Positions 37,173 to 46,970 of a DNA stretch of 64,000 bases are shown here, piece after piece. The notes beneath the pieces were generated by a model. That model did not search any database. It was given only the letters and a program-made list of their open reading frames with translations, and had not been told where the DNA came from. Within the stretch, counting starts at the first letter, position 1. Every line of letters starts with the position of its first letter. The translations under genes were made by a program, and so were the position numbers. Source of the DNA: a candidate division WOR-3 bacterium (GTDB taxonomy: Bacteria > Hydrothermota > Tepidihabitantia > Tepidihabitantales > JBDRVQ01); NCBI GenBank assembly GCA_039801905.1, contig JBDRVQ010000003.1:203-64202 (forward strand), read 5' to 3'.

Positions 37173-38467
37173 CTTCCAGATAAGATATTTTTACTCTCTT
37201 TTGCGTATTCGGTTTGGGGATACCTCCGGATGAGCGTTAAAAAGAGGCTATCGCCTTCGGGTTCTTTCAGAAGGAATTTTTTAATCCAGGCGTAAGCATA
37301 TAAAGATTTTGGTGCCAAGGAATCTTCAGGATAAAGGGTAAACACCTTTTCGTATTCTCTTAATGCCCAATCCGGTTTTTCCAAGGATAGTAAGTATAGT
37401 TCGGCTCGGGCAAAATCCCGGGAAGCAGGGTTAAGACTATCATCCTCTTGGGCGAATTTTTCAATCAGTCTCTTCTTCTTTTCCGCCAGATAACCGAATT
37501 CGCTAGAACGGGAGAAGGAGATAGCGGTATCGTAGTAAATGAGGGCGCGGTTAAAGTCGCCGTTTTTCTCATAGTATTCACCAATGATAAAGTAACTTTC
37601 TGCCCCCTCCACTCCACCCCGGACTTCCGAAAGGAGGGCAAGAGCGGATCTCTCCTCGGGCAAGGAAAGGAAGATTTTCCCTTTTAAGAGATTTATTTTA
37701 TTCTTCAACTCGGGATAGAGGGTTGAGATCGCCGTTAGGCGGTTGAGAAAATTTTTTAAACTCTCTTGCTGGGTTTCATAATTTAAGAGGCACTCTCCGA
37801 TCTTTAATAAGATCTCCCCCTTCTTCCTCTTATCAGAAATTTCCTGGAAGTATTCTTCGTAATACCTTTTGCTTTCCCGATAGTCTGCTAATTGGAAGAG
37901 GGCTTGGGCTAAAAGGAGTTTAGCCGCTTTCCCTTCTTTAGTCTTGGGATAGGTGGCGATAAATACTTTTAAACTCTCCTTCACTAAGGAGAGTTCCCCC
38001 TTCTCTAATAAATAGGAAAGAATCGTAAATTTTATTTTCCGTTCCTCTTTCTTATCCTCTTCGGCTAAATTGCGAAGAAGAAAGATCCCCTCACTGAAAT
38101 CTCCCCCTTTGAGATAGGCGAGGGCTTGATAAAATTTCGCCCGGGAAGATAATTTATGGCGGGGATAGAGGGAGACAAAGAGTTGGAGTCGTTCCTTTGC
38201 CTTCTCGTATTCTGAGAGATGGTAATGGCAGAGGGAAGCCAAGAAGAGTGCCTCCGGAGCGTAACGACTTTTTGGATATTTTTTAATCATTAAGAGCGAC
38301 TTCTCCTTTGCTTTAATAAAATTTTCTCTTGCCTGGGTGGGATTTGTCTCCAAGATACTTTCTCCTTTTTTGAAATAAGAGCGGGCATTGTAGAAGAGGT
38401 TGAAATAGGCACAGTTTAAGGGGAAAAAGAGGAGGAAGAAGGAAAATCTTTTCCGAAAGAGAAGCAT
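37169..38467 (-). CDS. TPR-repeat protein, possible lipoprotein
   Basis: Multiple TPR-like helix pairs. N-terminal hydrophobic segment with FPLNC. Confidence 0.6.
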   Translation of the reverse strand: MLLFRKRFSFFLLFFPLNCAYFNLFYNARSYFKKGESILETNPTQARENFIKAKEKSLLMIKKYPKSRYAPEALFLASLCHYHLSEYEKAKERLQLFVSLYPRHKLSSRAKFYQALAYLKGGDFSEGIFLLRNLAEEDKKEERKIKFTILSYLLEKGELSLVKESLKVFIATYPKTKEGKAAKLLLAQALFQLADYRESKRYYEEYFQEISDKRKKGEILLKIGECLLNYETQQESLKNFLNRLTAISTLYPELKNKINLLKGKIFLSLPEERSALALLSEVRGGVEGAESYFIIGEYYEKNGDFNRALIYYDTAISFSRSSEFGYLAEKKKRLIEKFAQEDDSLNPASRDFARAELYLLSLEKPDWALREYEKVFTLYPEDSLAPKSLYAYAWIKKFLLKEPEGDSLFLTLIRRYPQTEYAKESKNILSGR

Positions 38468-38512
38468 ATTTTATTATATGCCCGAAAAGATTTCCGTCAA
38501 CAACTTTAAGGA

Positions 38513-38540
38513 TTGACTTTTCTCCAAAATTGTTTATAAT
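38513..38540 (+). promoter_or_regulatory. Sigma70-type promoter for the rpsM operon (a second candidate lies at 38549-38576)
   Basis: TTGACT-N16-TATAAT, followed by TTGACA-N16-TAAGAT. Confidence 0.6.
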
Positions 38541-38591
38541 AGATTTCCTTGACATTTTTGGTTTTTGCGATAAGATTGAAGGATAATATTT

Positions 38592-38990
38592 ATGGCGAGA
38601 ATTTTAGGTGTTGATTTAGAAGATAATAAGAAGGTCCTTTATGCGCTACCGAAAATTTACGGCATCGGTCTGAGCAATGCCTTAAAGATTTTGACCGATG
38701 TCGGGGTCTCTCCGGAGAAGAAGGTGAAGGAACTTTCCGATGACGAATTGACTAGGATAAGGAAGGAGATTGAAGCAAATTATAAAGTAGAAGGGGCCTT
38801 GCGGGCGGAGGTGAGTGGTAATATAAAAAGGCTGATAGAGATTGGTTCCTACCGGGGTTTAAGACATCAGCGGGGGTTACCGGTAAGGGGGCAAAGGACG
38901 CGGACCAATGCCCGAACGAGAAAGGGCCCCAGGAAGACGAGTGGGGTGATTAAGGCAAAGGGAGGACAAAGTGGCAAAGGTCAAAAGTAA
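38592..38990 (+). CDS. rpsM: 30S ribosomal protein S13
   Basis: MARILGVDL...[26 protein letters not shown]. Confidence 0.95.
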   Translation: MARILGVDLEDNKKVLYALPKIYGIGLSNALKILTDVGVSPEKKVKELSDDELTRIRKEIEANYKVEGALRAEVSGNIKRLIEIGSYRGLRHQRGLPVRGQRTRTNARTRKGPRKTSGVIKAKGGQSGKGQK

Positions 38991-39345
38991 GAAGAAGGCA
39001 CCGGTTTTAGCCGTGGCGCATATTCAATGTACCTTCAATAATACAATTGTCTCCATCACCACTCCTCAAGGTGATACCCTCTGTTGGTCCTCTTCGGGAC
39101 GAGTTGGGTTCAAAGGAACAAAAAAGGGAACCCCTTTTGCCGCGCAGCAGGCGGGGGAGCAGGCTGGAAGAGAGGCATTCGCCATGGGGGTGAGGAAGGT
39201 AGAGGTTTTAATTAAAGGACCAGGAAGGGGAAGGGAAGCGGCGATTCGGGCTTTACAGAATGCCGGGCTTTCTATCGTCTCCATCCAAGATGTGACACCA
39301 ATTCCTCATAACGGATGTCGCCCTCCCAGGAGAAGGCGGGTCTAA
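38971..39345 (+). CDS. rpsK: 30S ribosomal protein S11
   Basis: [15 protein letters not shown]...[17 protein letters not shown] start 4 nt after AGGGAGGA. Confidence 0.93.
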   Translation: MAKVKSKKKAPVLAVAHIQCTFNNTIVSITTPQGDTLCWSSSGRVGFKGTKKGTPFAAQQAGEQAGREAFAMGVRKVEVLIKGPGRGREAAIRALQNAGLSIVSIQDVTPIPHNGCRPPRRRRV

Positions 39346-39947
39346 TGGCGAGAGATACTGGACCAAGATGTAAAAAATGCTTACTGATTGGGGAGAAACT
39401 TCTATTAAAGGGTGAACGCTGCCTTTCCGACCGGTGTCCCCTTCACAAGTGGAAAGCGGGAGAAGGAGAGAGGAAGAAGGTATCGGTCTATTCTGTCCAG
39501 TTAAGGGAGAAGCAGAAGGCGAAGTGGATCTACGGGATTATGGAGCGGCAATTTCGCAGGTATTTTGCCCAGGCCGAGACGCGGGATAATCCGGGGGCTG
39601 CTTTAATCTCTCTCTTAGAGCGGCGTCTGGATAATGTGGTCTATCGTCTGGGATTTGCCCTTTCGCGGCCTCAGGCGCGCCAGTTTGTTCGGCACGGAGC
39701 GATTCGGGTTAATAATAAAAAGGTGGATATCCCCTCCTATCAGGTAAAAGTTGGCGACGAGATCTCGGTCTCGGAAAAGGCAAAGGAGAGGATAAGAAAT
39801 CTGGCAGCGGGTCGGGAACTGACTGTGGATTGGCTCACCCTTGATAAAGAAAATCTGAAAGGGATTGTGCGCCGTCTCCCGACCGAAGAAGACGTGAAAG
39901 ATGTGGGGATAAATCCCAAATTAATCGTTGAGTTCTATTCAAAATGA
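39345..39947 (+). CDS. rpsD: 30S ribosomal protein S4
   Basis: [12 protein letters not shown]... N-terminus and an S4 RNA-binding domain. TAATG overlap with rpsK; the ORF opens at 39315. Confidence 0.92.
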   Translation: MARDTGPRCKKCLLIGEKLLLKGERCLSDRCPLHKWKAGEGERKKVSVYSVQLREKQKAKWIYGIMERQFRRYFAQAETRDNPGAALISLLERRLDNVVYRLGFALSRPQARQFVRHGAIRVNNKKVDIPSYQVKVGDEISVSEKAKERIRNLAAGRELTVDWLTLDKENLKGIVRRLPTEEDVKDVGINPKLIVEFYSK

Positions 39948-40969
39948 AACTAAAACCATTTATTTTGCCAGAAAAGATTGAAGTAGAAGAGAGGAGAGAT
40001 AACTACTTCGCCCGGTTTTCTATCACTCCCTTTGAAAAGGGCTGGGGGCAGACGATTGGCAATAGTTTGAGGCGAGCGTTGCTCTCTTCGGTCCAAGGAG
40101 CCGCAATCACCCAGGTTCGGATCTCCGATGTTGACCATGAGTTTTCCGCGATTCCGGATGTGTTGGAGGATGTGCCTCAGATAATTTTGAATATAAAGAA
40201 GATTAGACTCCGGTTAAATTCGGAGGTGGCAAAGTTTTGCTACCTTCACGCCCGAGGCAAGGGAACATTCCGGGCAAAAGATATGACAATTCCGCCAGAA
40301 ATAATTATCGTCAACCCCGAACAGGAGATTTTGACGATTACCGACGAAAAGGGGAGAGTGGATATTGAGATGAAGGTGGAGAATGGTCGGGGCTATGTCC
40401 CTCAGGAAAGGTTAAAGAAGAAGGAGCCGAATGTGCCGTTAGGCACAATCTTTTTGGATGCCTTCTTTTCTCCGGTGAAGCGAGTGGCTTTCACCGTGGA
40501 GAATACTCGGGTTTTAGACCGGGCGGATTTTGAAAAACTCATTTTGGAGGTGGAAACCGACGGCACGGTCTTTCCTGAGGAGGCGATCATCCAAGCGGCG
40601 GCAATCGTTAAGAATCATATGGAAGCGATTATCCCTCAAGATAAGTACCCCCAGTTTGAGACCCAAGAAAAATACGATCGGGAGAAAGAGAAGTTAAAAG
40701 AACTCCTTCCCAAAGACATCCAAGAGTTAGGTCTTTCCTCCCGCGCCCTAAATGCCTTGAAGAAAGGGAGGTATAAAAGCACCCACGAGAAGGTGAACAT
40801 TAATACGGTGGGCGAACTCTTGCAGTTGACAGAAAGAGATATTTTAGATATTGAAAATGTAGGAGAAAAGACCTTAGAGGAGATAAAGAAGGCATTGGAA
40901 GGTTGGGGACTTTCCTTGGGTATGAAGATAGAGGAGACGGGGATCTATGAGGCACGGGAAGGCGGTTAA
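39944..40969 (+). CDS. rpoA: DNA-directed RNA polymerase subunit alpha
   Basis: GQTIGNSLRRALLSS motif, operon position, and a C-terminal HhH domain. Confidence 0.93.
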   Translation: MKLKPFILPEKIEVEERRDNYFARFSITPFEKGWGQTIGNSLRRALLSSVQGAAITQVRISDVDHEFSAIPDVLEDVPQIILNIKKIRLRLNSEVAKFCYLHARGKGTFRAKDMTIPPEIIIVNPEQEILTITDEKGRVDIEMKVENGRGYVPQERLKKKEPNVPLGTIFLDAFFSPVKRVAFTVENTRVLDRADFEKLILEVETDGTVFPEEAIIQAAAIVKNHMEAIIPQDKYPQFETQEKYDREKEKLKELLPKDIQELGLSSRALNALKKGRYKSTHEKVNINTVGELLQLTERDILDIENVGEKTLEEIKKALEGWGLSLGMKIEETGIYEAREGG

Positions 40970-41315
40970 AAAGTTAGGGAGAAAGAAGGAACACCGAAAA
41001 GCGCTCTTAAGAAATCTTCTCCGCGCCCTCCTCACTCACAGCCGGATCAAAACTACTTTGAGAAAAGCAAAGGAGGTGAAGAAATTGGCGGATAAGATAA
41101 TCGCCTTCGCCCGAGAGGATAACTTAAAAAATCGGAGGCGGGCGCAGCAAATACTTATGGATAAGAAATTGGTGAAAAAACTTTTTTTAGAATACGCCCC
41201 CCTGATGAGGGAGAGGACGGGAGGTTACTGCCGACTTTACCGTTCGGGTTTTCGGGTGGGAGACAATGCGGAGATGGCGATCTTAGAGTTAGTTGCCAAA
41301 CCGGAAAAGAAGTGA
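40947..41315 (+). CDS. rplQ: 50S ribosomal protein L17
   Basis: MRHGKAVKKLGRKKEHRKALLRNL... Confidence 0.93.
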   Translation: MRHGKAVKKLGRKKEHRKALLRNLLRALLTHSRIKTTLRKAKEVKKLADKIIAFAREDNLKNRRRAQQILMDKKLVKKLFLEYAPLMRERTGGYCRLYRSGFRVGDNAEMAILELVAKPEKK

Positions 41316-41325
41316 AAGAGGGACT

Positions 41326-41700
41326 ATGTTGCGCACGGTCTTGAAATCTAAGATTCATCGCATTAGAGTGACCGATAAAAACCTTTATTATGAGGGTAGT
41401 TTGACGATAGATGAGGAGATCTTAAAAAAGGCGGATATCTTAGAAGGGGAGATGGTTCAGGTCGTAAATATTACCAATGGGGAGCGTTTTGAGACCTATT
41501 TAATGAAAGGGAGAAAAGGTTCCGGAGAATGTATTTTGAATGGGGGAACTGCCCGTTTGGGTGAGGTGGGGGATGAATTAATCATTCTCTCCTTCGCCTT
41601 GATGGATACTACCCAGGCGAGGAGTTTTATCCCCAAAAAGGTTTTTTTGGATGAGAAGAATCAAATTCTGCCAACAAATAATACTTTTAAGGCCGATTAA
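41326..41700 (+). CDS. panD: Aspartate 1-decarboxylase
   Basis: MLRTVLKSKIHRIRVT and the YEGSLTID self-processing Gly-Ser site. The ORF opens at 41293. Confidence 0.9.
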   Translation: MLRTVLKSKIHRIRVTDKNLYYEGSLTIDEEILKKADILEGEMVQVVNITNGERFETYLMKGRKGSGECILNGGTARLGEVGDELIILSFALMDTTQARSFIPKKVFLDEKNQILPTNNTFKAD

Positions 41701-41707
41701 AAATTAA

Positions 41708-42526
41708 ATGACCGCCCTCATCTTAGCGGCCGGCAAAAGTAAGCGGATCAATCTTACCCTTTCCCAAGAGAAGAAGAGAAAATTCCTCTCTTGGTTAAAA
41801 AGCCATTTCCCTAATTGTTCTCTTCCGGAGGATAATTTTTTCCCCAAGGTGCTTCTCCCCTTAGGGGAGGAACCTTTAATCAGCCACATCATCAACCGAG
41901 CCAAAGAGATCGGAAGCGAACGGATCATTGTGGTAATTAACCCGGAATTTGATGTGGTGAGGGAGGTGGTGGTGCGAAGAGTAACCTCTCCTCCTTTGGT
42001 GGAATTTGTCTATCAGGAAAAGCCCTTAGGGACCGCAGATGCGGTGAAGAGATGTGCGGAGAAAGTAGAGAAGGGGGAAGTTTTAATTCTCTGTGGCGAT
42101 ACCCCTCTCTTGAAATCGGGGACCTTAAAGAGCCTCCACCAAATTTTTAAAACCAAGGGTTGCGACTTAGTTCTACTCAGCGCCTTTTTGCCCAATCCTT
42201 ATGGCTACGGACGTATCGTCCGTTCCGGCTCGGTAATTAAAATTGTTGAGGAGCGCGATGCGGATGAAGAGACAAAAAAGATCGGTGAGGTCAATGCCGG
42301 GGTATATCTCTTTAAAGCCTCTTCCCTTTTTCCCCTCCTCAGCGAAATTCAACCTTCTGGTTACCCACCCGAATATTATTTGACCGATACCGTCTCTCTC
42401 CTGCAAAAAAAGGGAGGGCGGATTGAAATTTTTACTACTCCCGACCCCACTGAGATCCTAGGGGTGAATACCGAAAAAGACTACGAATTGGTGAGAGATT
42501 TATGGCAATCAGGAAGGCGCCATTAA
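41708..42526 (+). CDS. Nucleotidyltransferase (GlmU N-terminal-domain-like), no acetyltransferase domain
   Basis: LILAAGKSKR...PKVLLPLGEEPLISHI...GTADAV. About 25 aa are inserted between the P-loop-like motif and PKVL. Confidence 0.7.
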   Translation: MTALILAAGKSKRINLTLSQEKKRKFLSWLKSHFPNCSLPEDNFFPKVLLPLGEEPLISHIINRAKEIGSERIIVVINPEFDVVREVVVRRVTSPPLVEFVYQEKPLGTADAVKRCAEKVEKGEVLILCGDTPLLKSGTLKSLHQIFKTKGCDLVLLSAFLPNPYGYGRIVRSGSVIKIVEERDADEETKKIGEVNAGVYLFKASSLFPLLSEIQPSGYPPEYYLTDTVSLLQKKGGRIEIFTTPDPTEILGVNTEKDYELVRDLWQSGRRH

Positions 42527-42530
42527 AGAA

Positions 42531-42980
42531 TTGAAGAGATACATTTTCATCCCTTTCTTGATTCTCTTTCTCGTTCTCCTCGGAAAAATTCTCTTCTTTA
42601 AGAAGAAAGAGAAGAAAGTTAGCAGGAGTTATTCGGAGATAAAGGTTGAGATTATAAACTGCTCTGGTCGGTACGAAATCGGGAAAGAGATTTTAGAAGA
42701 CCTGCGCCAAAGAGGTTTTAATGTTTACGATGTCGTCTTTGACCAAGATACCCTTTCCGAAAGTTGGGTGGTGGAGAGAAGCGATGAGCAAGGAGAGAAT
42801 GCTTTAATTTTGGCTAAGGAGATTGCGAGGAGAAAAAAGGTTGGGATTTTCCGAAAAGAGATTTTAATTATGCCCAAGATTAAAAAGGAGATCAACCGGA
42901 ACCTCTTTATTGATGTTTCGCTCATTTTGGGCAAGGATTATAAAATTTTCTTCCCAAAAGTATTTTCGGAAAAGAGGTAA
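42531..42980 (+). CDS. LytR_C-domain membrane-anchored protein
   Basis: N-terminal TM helix, then KVEIINCSGRYEIGKEILEDLRQRGFNV. Confidence 0.6.
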   Translation: MKRYIFIPFLILFLVLLGKILFFKKKEKKVSRSYSEIKVEIINCSGRYEIGKEILEDLRQRGFNVYDVVFDQDTLSESWVVERSDEQGENALILAKEIARRKKVGIFRKEILIMPKIKKEINRNLFIDVSLILGKDYKIFFPKVFSEKR

Positions 42981-43327
42981 TGATGCTTTCCGGAGAGGGG
43001 TTGGTTGATAAGATTATCAGTATCTTGATTGAAAAGAAAGGGGAGGATATTTTAGCCTTAAATCTGAAGCGTCTCTCGCCGATTACCGATTACTTCGTTA
43101 TCGCTACTGCCAACTCCTCGGTTCACGCCCGATTCTTAGCGGATACCATCTTAGAACGTTTGAAGAAAGAAGGGGAGTTGCCCCATCATATTGAAGGTTA
43201 TAATCAAGCCCAGTGGATTCTTTTGGATTATATTGACTGCGTCATCCATATCTTTTTAAAAGAGGTGAGGGAATTTTATGGTTTGGAAAGGTTGTGGGGT
43301 GATGCCCCGAGGTACGAAAAGATATGA
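42980..43327 (+). CDS. rsfS: Ribosomal silencing factor RsfS
   Basis: DYFVIATANSSVHARFLAD...WILLDYIDCVIHIF. Confidence 0.88.
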   Translation: MMLSGEGLVDKIISILIEKKGEDILALNLKRLSPITDYFVIATANSSVHARFLADTILERLKKEGELPHHIEGYNQAQWILLDYIDCVIHIFLKEVREFYGLERLWGDAPRYEKI

Positions 43328-44898
43328 TTAAGGAAAAGATTCACAAGGCTCTTCTTGAGATCATTGGGGAAATACCCGCTGGGCACGAGATAGAGCGAAT
43401 TAAAGGTGGGAAATGGGGAGATTTCTCCTCTAATATCGGTTTTCTCCTAAGAAAGAGGGGTGATTCCCTCTTAATAAAGAAGCTCTCCGAAGCGTTACCA
43501 AAAGATAAGGACTTTCAAGAGGTGAAGTTAGAAAAGGGGTATTTTAACTTTCGGCTGAGCGATGAATTTTTAAGAAAAGGTTTGCAAGAAGCACAGGCGG
43601 CTGATTTTGGACGGGGGAGTTGGGGTGGAGGGAGGAAGATCCTGTTAGAGTTCATCTCTGCCAATCCTACAGGCCCGCTTTCGGTTGTTCAGGCGCGGGC
43701 GGGTGCTTTGGGTCAGGCATTATCTAATCTCCTTCGTTATTCCGGATTTGAGGTGAAGACCGAATACTATGTCAATGATTCCGGAACGCAGGTTGAGTTG
43801 CTCCTTAAATCCTTAGAGGAGAGGATTAAGGAGTTAAAAGGGGGGAAAGCGGAAATCCCTCCGGGCGGCTACTTTGGAGAATATGTGAAAGAGATTGCCG
43901 CTGAGATTTTAGAAAAGGGAATCGAGGAGAAGAGGGAGTATGTAATTGATAGGATCTTAAATCAACAGAAGGCATCCCTTTCCGCTTTTAAGATCCATTT
44001 TGACTACTGGGTGCGAGAGAGTTCCCTCCGGCCTCGGGTGAAAGAGATAGTCAATGAGTTACAAAAGAAAGGTTTTGTTCAAGAGAAGGAAGGTGCCTTA
44101 TTCTTTAAGGCGCGCCTCTTTGGTGATACCGAAGATCGTGTTTTAATCACCAAAGACGGGCGCCCAACCTATTTTGCCACAGATTTGGCATACCACAAGG
44201 ATAAGTTTGAAAGGGGGTTTTCCCTCTTGGTGAATATCTGGGGACCAGACCATCACGGCTATATCCCAAGGATGAAGGCGGGGATTGAAGCCTTAGGTTA
44301 CGACCCCAACCGTTTAGTGATTATCATTGCCCAGCAGGTCTCTTTATTAGGAGAGGAAAAGATTTTGAAGATGTCCAAACGGGAAGGGAGGATTATCACT
44401 TTGGATGAAGTGCGGGAGGAGATTGGGACAGACACCCTGAAATTTTATCTCCTGATGCGGAAGTCATCGCAGGGAATTCAATTCGATTTAGAACAGGCGA
44501 AGAAAGAAACAGAGGATAATCCGGTCTATTATGTCCAATACGCCCACGCCCGTCTTAATAGCATCTTAAAATTTGCCGCCGAGAAAGGCTTTCCAACAGA
44601 AAGTTACCTAAAAGACCCACCTTTTGGCCTTTTGGGGGCAAAGGAACGAGAATTGATGATCGGTATCCTTTCCTTCCCGGATGTGGTGAAGATGGCGGCG
44701 GAGGCTTTTGAGCCCCATATCTTAACATACTACCTTATTGAATTGGCTGAAGTTTTTCATAACTTTTACGAGAAGGAAAGGGTGGTTAGTGAAAATAGGG
44801 AGTTAACCAGGGCAAGATTATTTCTTAGTTTTCTTTATAAAAAGATTCTCAAGGAAGGTCTCAACCTCCTTGGGATAGAAGCCAAAGAAAAGATGTGA
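43324..44898 (+). CDS. argS: Arginine--tRNA ligase
   Basis: SANPTGPL (HIGH-like) and KMSKREG (KMSKS) motifs, plus a DALR anticodon-binding C-terminus. Confidence 0.93.
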   Translation: MIKEKIHKALLEIIGEIPAGHEIERIKGGKWGDFSSNIGFLLRKRGDSLLIKKLSEALPKDKDFQEVKLEKGYFNFRLSDEFLRKGLQEAQAADFGRGSWGGGRKILLEFISANPTGPLSVVQARAGALGQALSNLLRYSGFEVKTEYYVNDSGTQVELLLKSLEERIKELKGGKAEIPPGGYFGEYVKEIAAEILEKGIEEKREYVIDRILNQQKASLSAFKIHFDYWVRESSLRPRVKEIVNELQKKGFVQEKEGALFFKARLFGDTEDRVLITKDGRPTYFATDLAYHKDKFERGFSLLVNIWGPDHHGYIPRMKAGIEALGYDPNRLVIIIAQQVSLLGEEKILKMSKREGRIITLDEVREEIGTDTLKFYLLMRKSSQGIQFDLEQAKKETEDNPVYYVQYAHARLNSILKFAAEKGFPTESYLKDPPFGLLGAKERELMIGILSFPDVVKMAAEAFEPHILTYYLIELAEVFHNFYEKERVVSENRELTRARLFLSFLYKKILKEGLNLLGIEAKEKM

Positions 44899-44907
44899 GG
44901 AGGGAAC

Positions 44908-45366
44908 TTGAATCTATCGGTCTTATTGAGAGAAGATAGAATAAAACTCTCTTTGGAGAGTAAAAAGAAGCCGGAGGTTTTACGGGAATTGGCTAGCCTC
45001 ATCACGAAAGGGGAAGAACTGGATGCCCTCTTAGAGACCTTATTGAAAAGGGAGGAGTTAGGTTCCACCGGAATTGGTAAAGGGATTGCCATTCCTCACT
45101 GCCGCTCCCTTCTCGTCCAAAAATTGGAAGTGGCTTGCGGCTATTCGGAGAAAGGAATTGATTTTGATGCCCTTGACGGAAAACCGGTCCGGCTTTTCTT
45201 TTTGGTGGTCGCCCCGCCGCAGGATATCGGCAACCAATATTTGCTCACCTTGGGGAGAGTGGCGATGATCTGTCAGGAGTTGACTAAAAAAAGGAAATTG
45301 ATAATCCCCAAGACCCCAGAAGAATTTATCCGGATGATTAAGGAGATTGAGGAGAAATTAAAATGA
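44908..45366 (+). CDS. PTS EIIA (fructose/nitrogen-type, PtsN-like)
   Basis: GIGKGIAIPH phospho-histidine motif. TTG start. Confidence 0.8.
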   Translation: MNLSVLLREDRIKLSLESKKKPEVLRELASLITKGEELDALLETLLKREELGSTGIGKGIAIPHCRSLLVQKLEVACGYSEKGIDFDALDGKPVRLFFLVVAPPQDIGNQYLLTLGRVAMICQELTKKRKLIIPKTPEEFIRMIKEIEEKLK

Positions 45367-45713
45367 ATAAGGCATTAGAACTTTTGCGCGCCTTGGAAGA
45401 GTTTGATATTCTCATAAAGGACCTTCAGCGACCAGATTACAAAAAGTTGGGATTTCGACTGAAGAAGAATGTCCTTGATTTCTTAAAATCGGTGGAAGAA
45501 GAGAAGGAGCGGATCAGAAAGAAGATAGATAAGAAGCTTTTATCCGAATACGATCAGATTAAGAATCGGTATGGAGAGCGGGTTGTGGTGCAGGTGATTA
45601 AGGAGTACTGTGGGGGGTGTTATGTGAGGTTGCCTTCGGAGATCGTCTGCCGTTGCCAGCGAGAAGTCCTTACTTGCCCCCACTGTGGAAGATTTCTTTA
45701 TCGGGTGAAATAG
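45363..45713 (+). CDS. C4 zinc-ribbon protein (DUF164/zf-RING_7-like, short form)
   Basis: Coiled-coil N-terminus, then CGGCYVRLP...CPHCGRFLY. Confidence 0.6.
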   Translation: MNKALELLRALEEFDILIKDLQRPDYKKLGFRLKKNVLDFLKSVEEEKERIRKKIDKKLLSEYDQIKNRYGERVVVQVIKEYCGGCYVRLPSEIVCRCQREVLTCPHCGRFLYRVK

Positions 45714-45732
45714 ACTAAATCGCTAACCGAAT

Positions 45733-46077
45733 ATGAAAGAACGGAAAAAGAGAGTTGCAAATTTAATCAAGGAGACGGTTACGGAGATAATCCAAAGGGA
45801 AATCCGAGATCCGAAGTTAGGTTTCTTAACGATAACCGGGGTGGAGTTGGGAAGTGATTTCAAGAAGGCGAAGTTCTTCTTTTCGGTCTTGGGAGATGAG
45901 AAAGTAGCAGAGACGACCCTTTCGGTTCTTAGGAAGGCGAAGGGTTTTATTCGCCACCAACTGGCGCAGAGGATTTCTCTAAAATTTGTCCCGGAATTGG
46001 ATTTTGAAATTGACCGCTGGGCTTTAGAGGAGAGGCGAGTGGCGGAGATTCTTAAAGATTTAAAAAGGGAGGAATGA
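45733..46077 (+). CDS. rbfA: Ribosome-binding factor A
   Basis: RVANLIKETVTEIIQREIRDPKLGFLTITGVEL... Confidence 0.9.
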   Translation: MKERKKRVANLIKETVTEIIQREIRDPKLGFLTITGVELGSDFKKAKFFFSVLGDEKVAETTLSVLRKAKGFIRHQLAQRISLKFVPELDFEIDRWALEERRVAEILKDLKREE

Positions 46078-46970
46078 GCCAATCCTCGGCTGACGGGATT
46101 CTTTTGGTGAATAAACCGCGGGGTCTCTCTTCTTACGATGTGATCCGGGAGATAAAAAAAGTTGCTACCTTTAAGAAGATTGGGCATGCCGGAACTCTTG
46201 ACCCAATCGCCACCGGTCTTTTAATCATCCTTTTCAATAATGCCACGAAAATTTTCTCCATCATAAATTCTTATCCCAAGGTTTATCGGGCAAAGATAAG
46301 ACTGGGGTTAATTACCGACACCGATGATTTGACCGGCAAAATTTTGGAAGAAAGGGAAGTAAAAAGATACGAGAAAGAGGAGGTTTTAAAAATCTTAGAG
46401 AGGTATCAAGGGGAAATTGCACAAGTCCCCCCAGTCTTTTCGGCTTTGAAAGAGAAAGGAGTTCCCAAGTATCTTAAAGCAAGAAGGGGGGAGGAGGTCT
46501 CTTTAAGACCGAGGAAGGTGAAAATTTTTTGGCTCGAACTCCTCTCTCTGGAGAAAGACTCTTTGGAGATCCGGGCGGAAGTGGGCAAAGGGGTTTATCT
46601 CCGTTCTTTAGCGCGAGACATTGGTAAAGATTTAGGTTGTGGCGGAACCCTCCAAGAGTTGACGCGGGAGCGGATCGGCAAGTTTCATTTAGAAGATGCC
46701 CTCTCCTTACCCATCACCTCAGAGGAGATAATAAAAAAAAATCTCCGCCCCCTCTCCGAAGCCCTCTATCCCTTTCCCGAAATCACCTTGGATGATAAAG
46801 GGGTAAAGAATTTATTGTTAGGGAAGAAAGTGCGATTTGACCTTCTCGTTCCTGATGATTACCTAAAAGTCTTTTCCGAAAGGCGAGATACTTTAATTTT
46901 AGCAAAAAGGGAAGGCACTTTTCTTAAACCGGTTAGGATTCTGTATGCGAATTCTGAGAACAAAGGATGA
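46074..46970 (+). CDS. truB: tRNA pseudouridine(55) synthase
   Basis: GILLVNKP.G.SS and GHAGTLDPIATGLL catalytic Asp motif. Confidence 0.92.
   Translation: MSQSSADGILLVNKPRGLSSYDVIREIKKVATFKKIGHAGTLDPIATGLLIILFNNATKIFSIINSYPKVYRAKIRLGLITDTDDLTGKILEEREVKRYEKEEVLKILERYQGEIAQVPPVFSALKEKGVPKYLKARRGEEVSLRPRKVKIFWLELLSLEKDSLEIRAEVGKGVYLRSLARDIGKDLGCGGTLQELTRERIGKFHLEDALSLPITSEEIIKKNLRPLSEALYPFPEITLDDKGVKNLLLGKKVRFDLLVPDDYLKVFSERRDTLILAKREGTFLKPVRILYANSENKG

Noticed and set aside
38592-41700. rpsM-rpsK-rpsD-rpoA-rplQ detached from the spc/infA-rpmJ genes, with panD appended
   Set aside because: The gene order is unusual, but the block has its own strong promoters and this looks like an ordinary rearrangement. 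It does not indicate a novel system.
41708-41880. About 25-aa insertion (INLTLSQEKKRKFLSWLKSHFPNCSLPEDNFF) in the GlmU-like nucleotidyltransferase N-terminus
   Set aside because: It could be a lineage-specific loop. I cannot judge its significance without an alignment, so I left it as an annotation note.
45723-46187. 154-aa minus-strand ORF
   Set aside because: It is fully antisense to the well-supported rbfA and truB genes and has no motifs.
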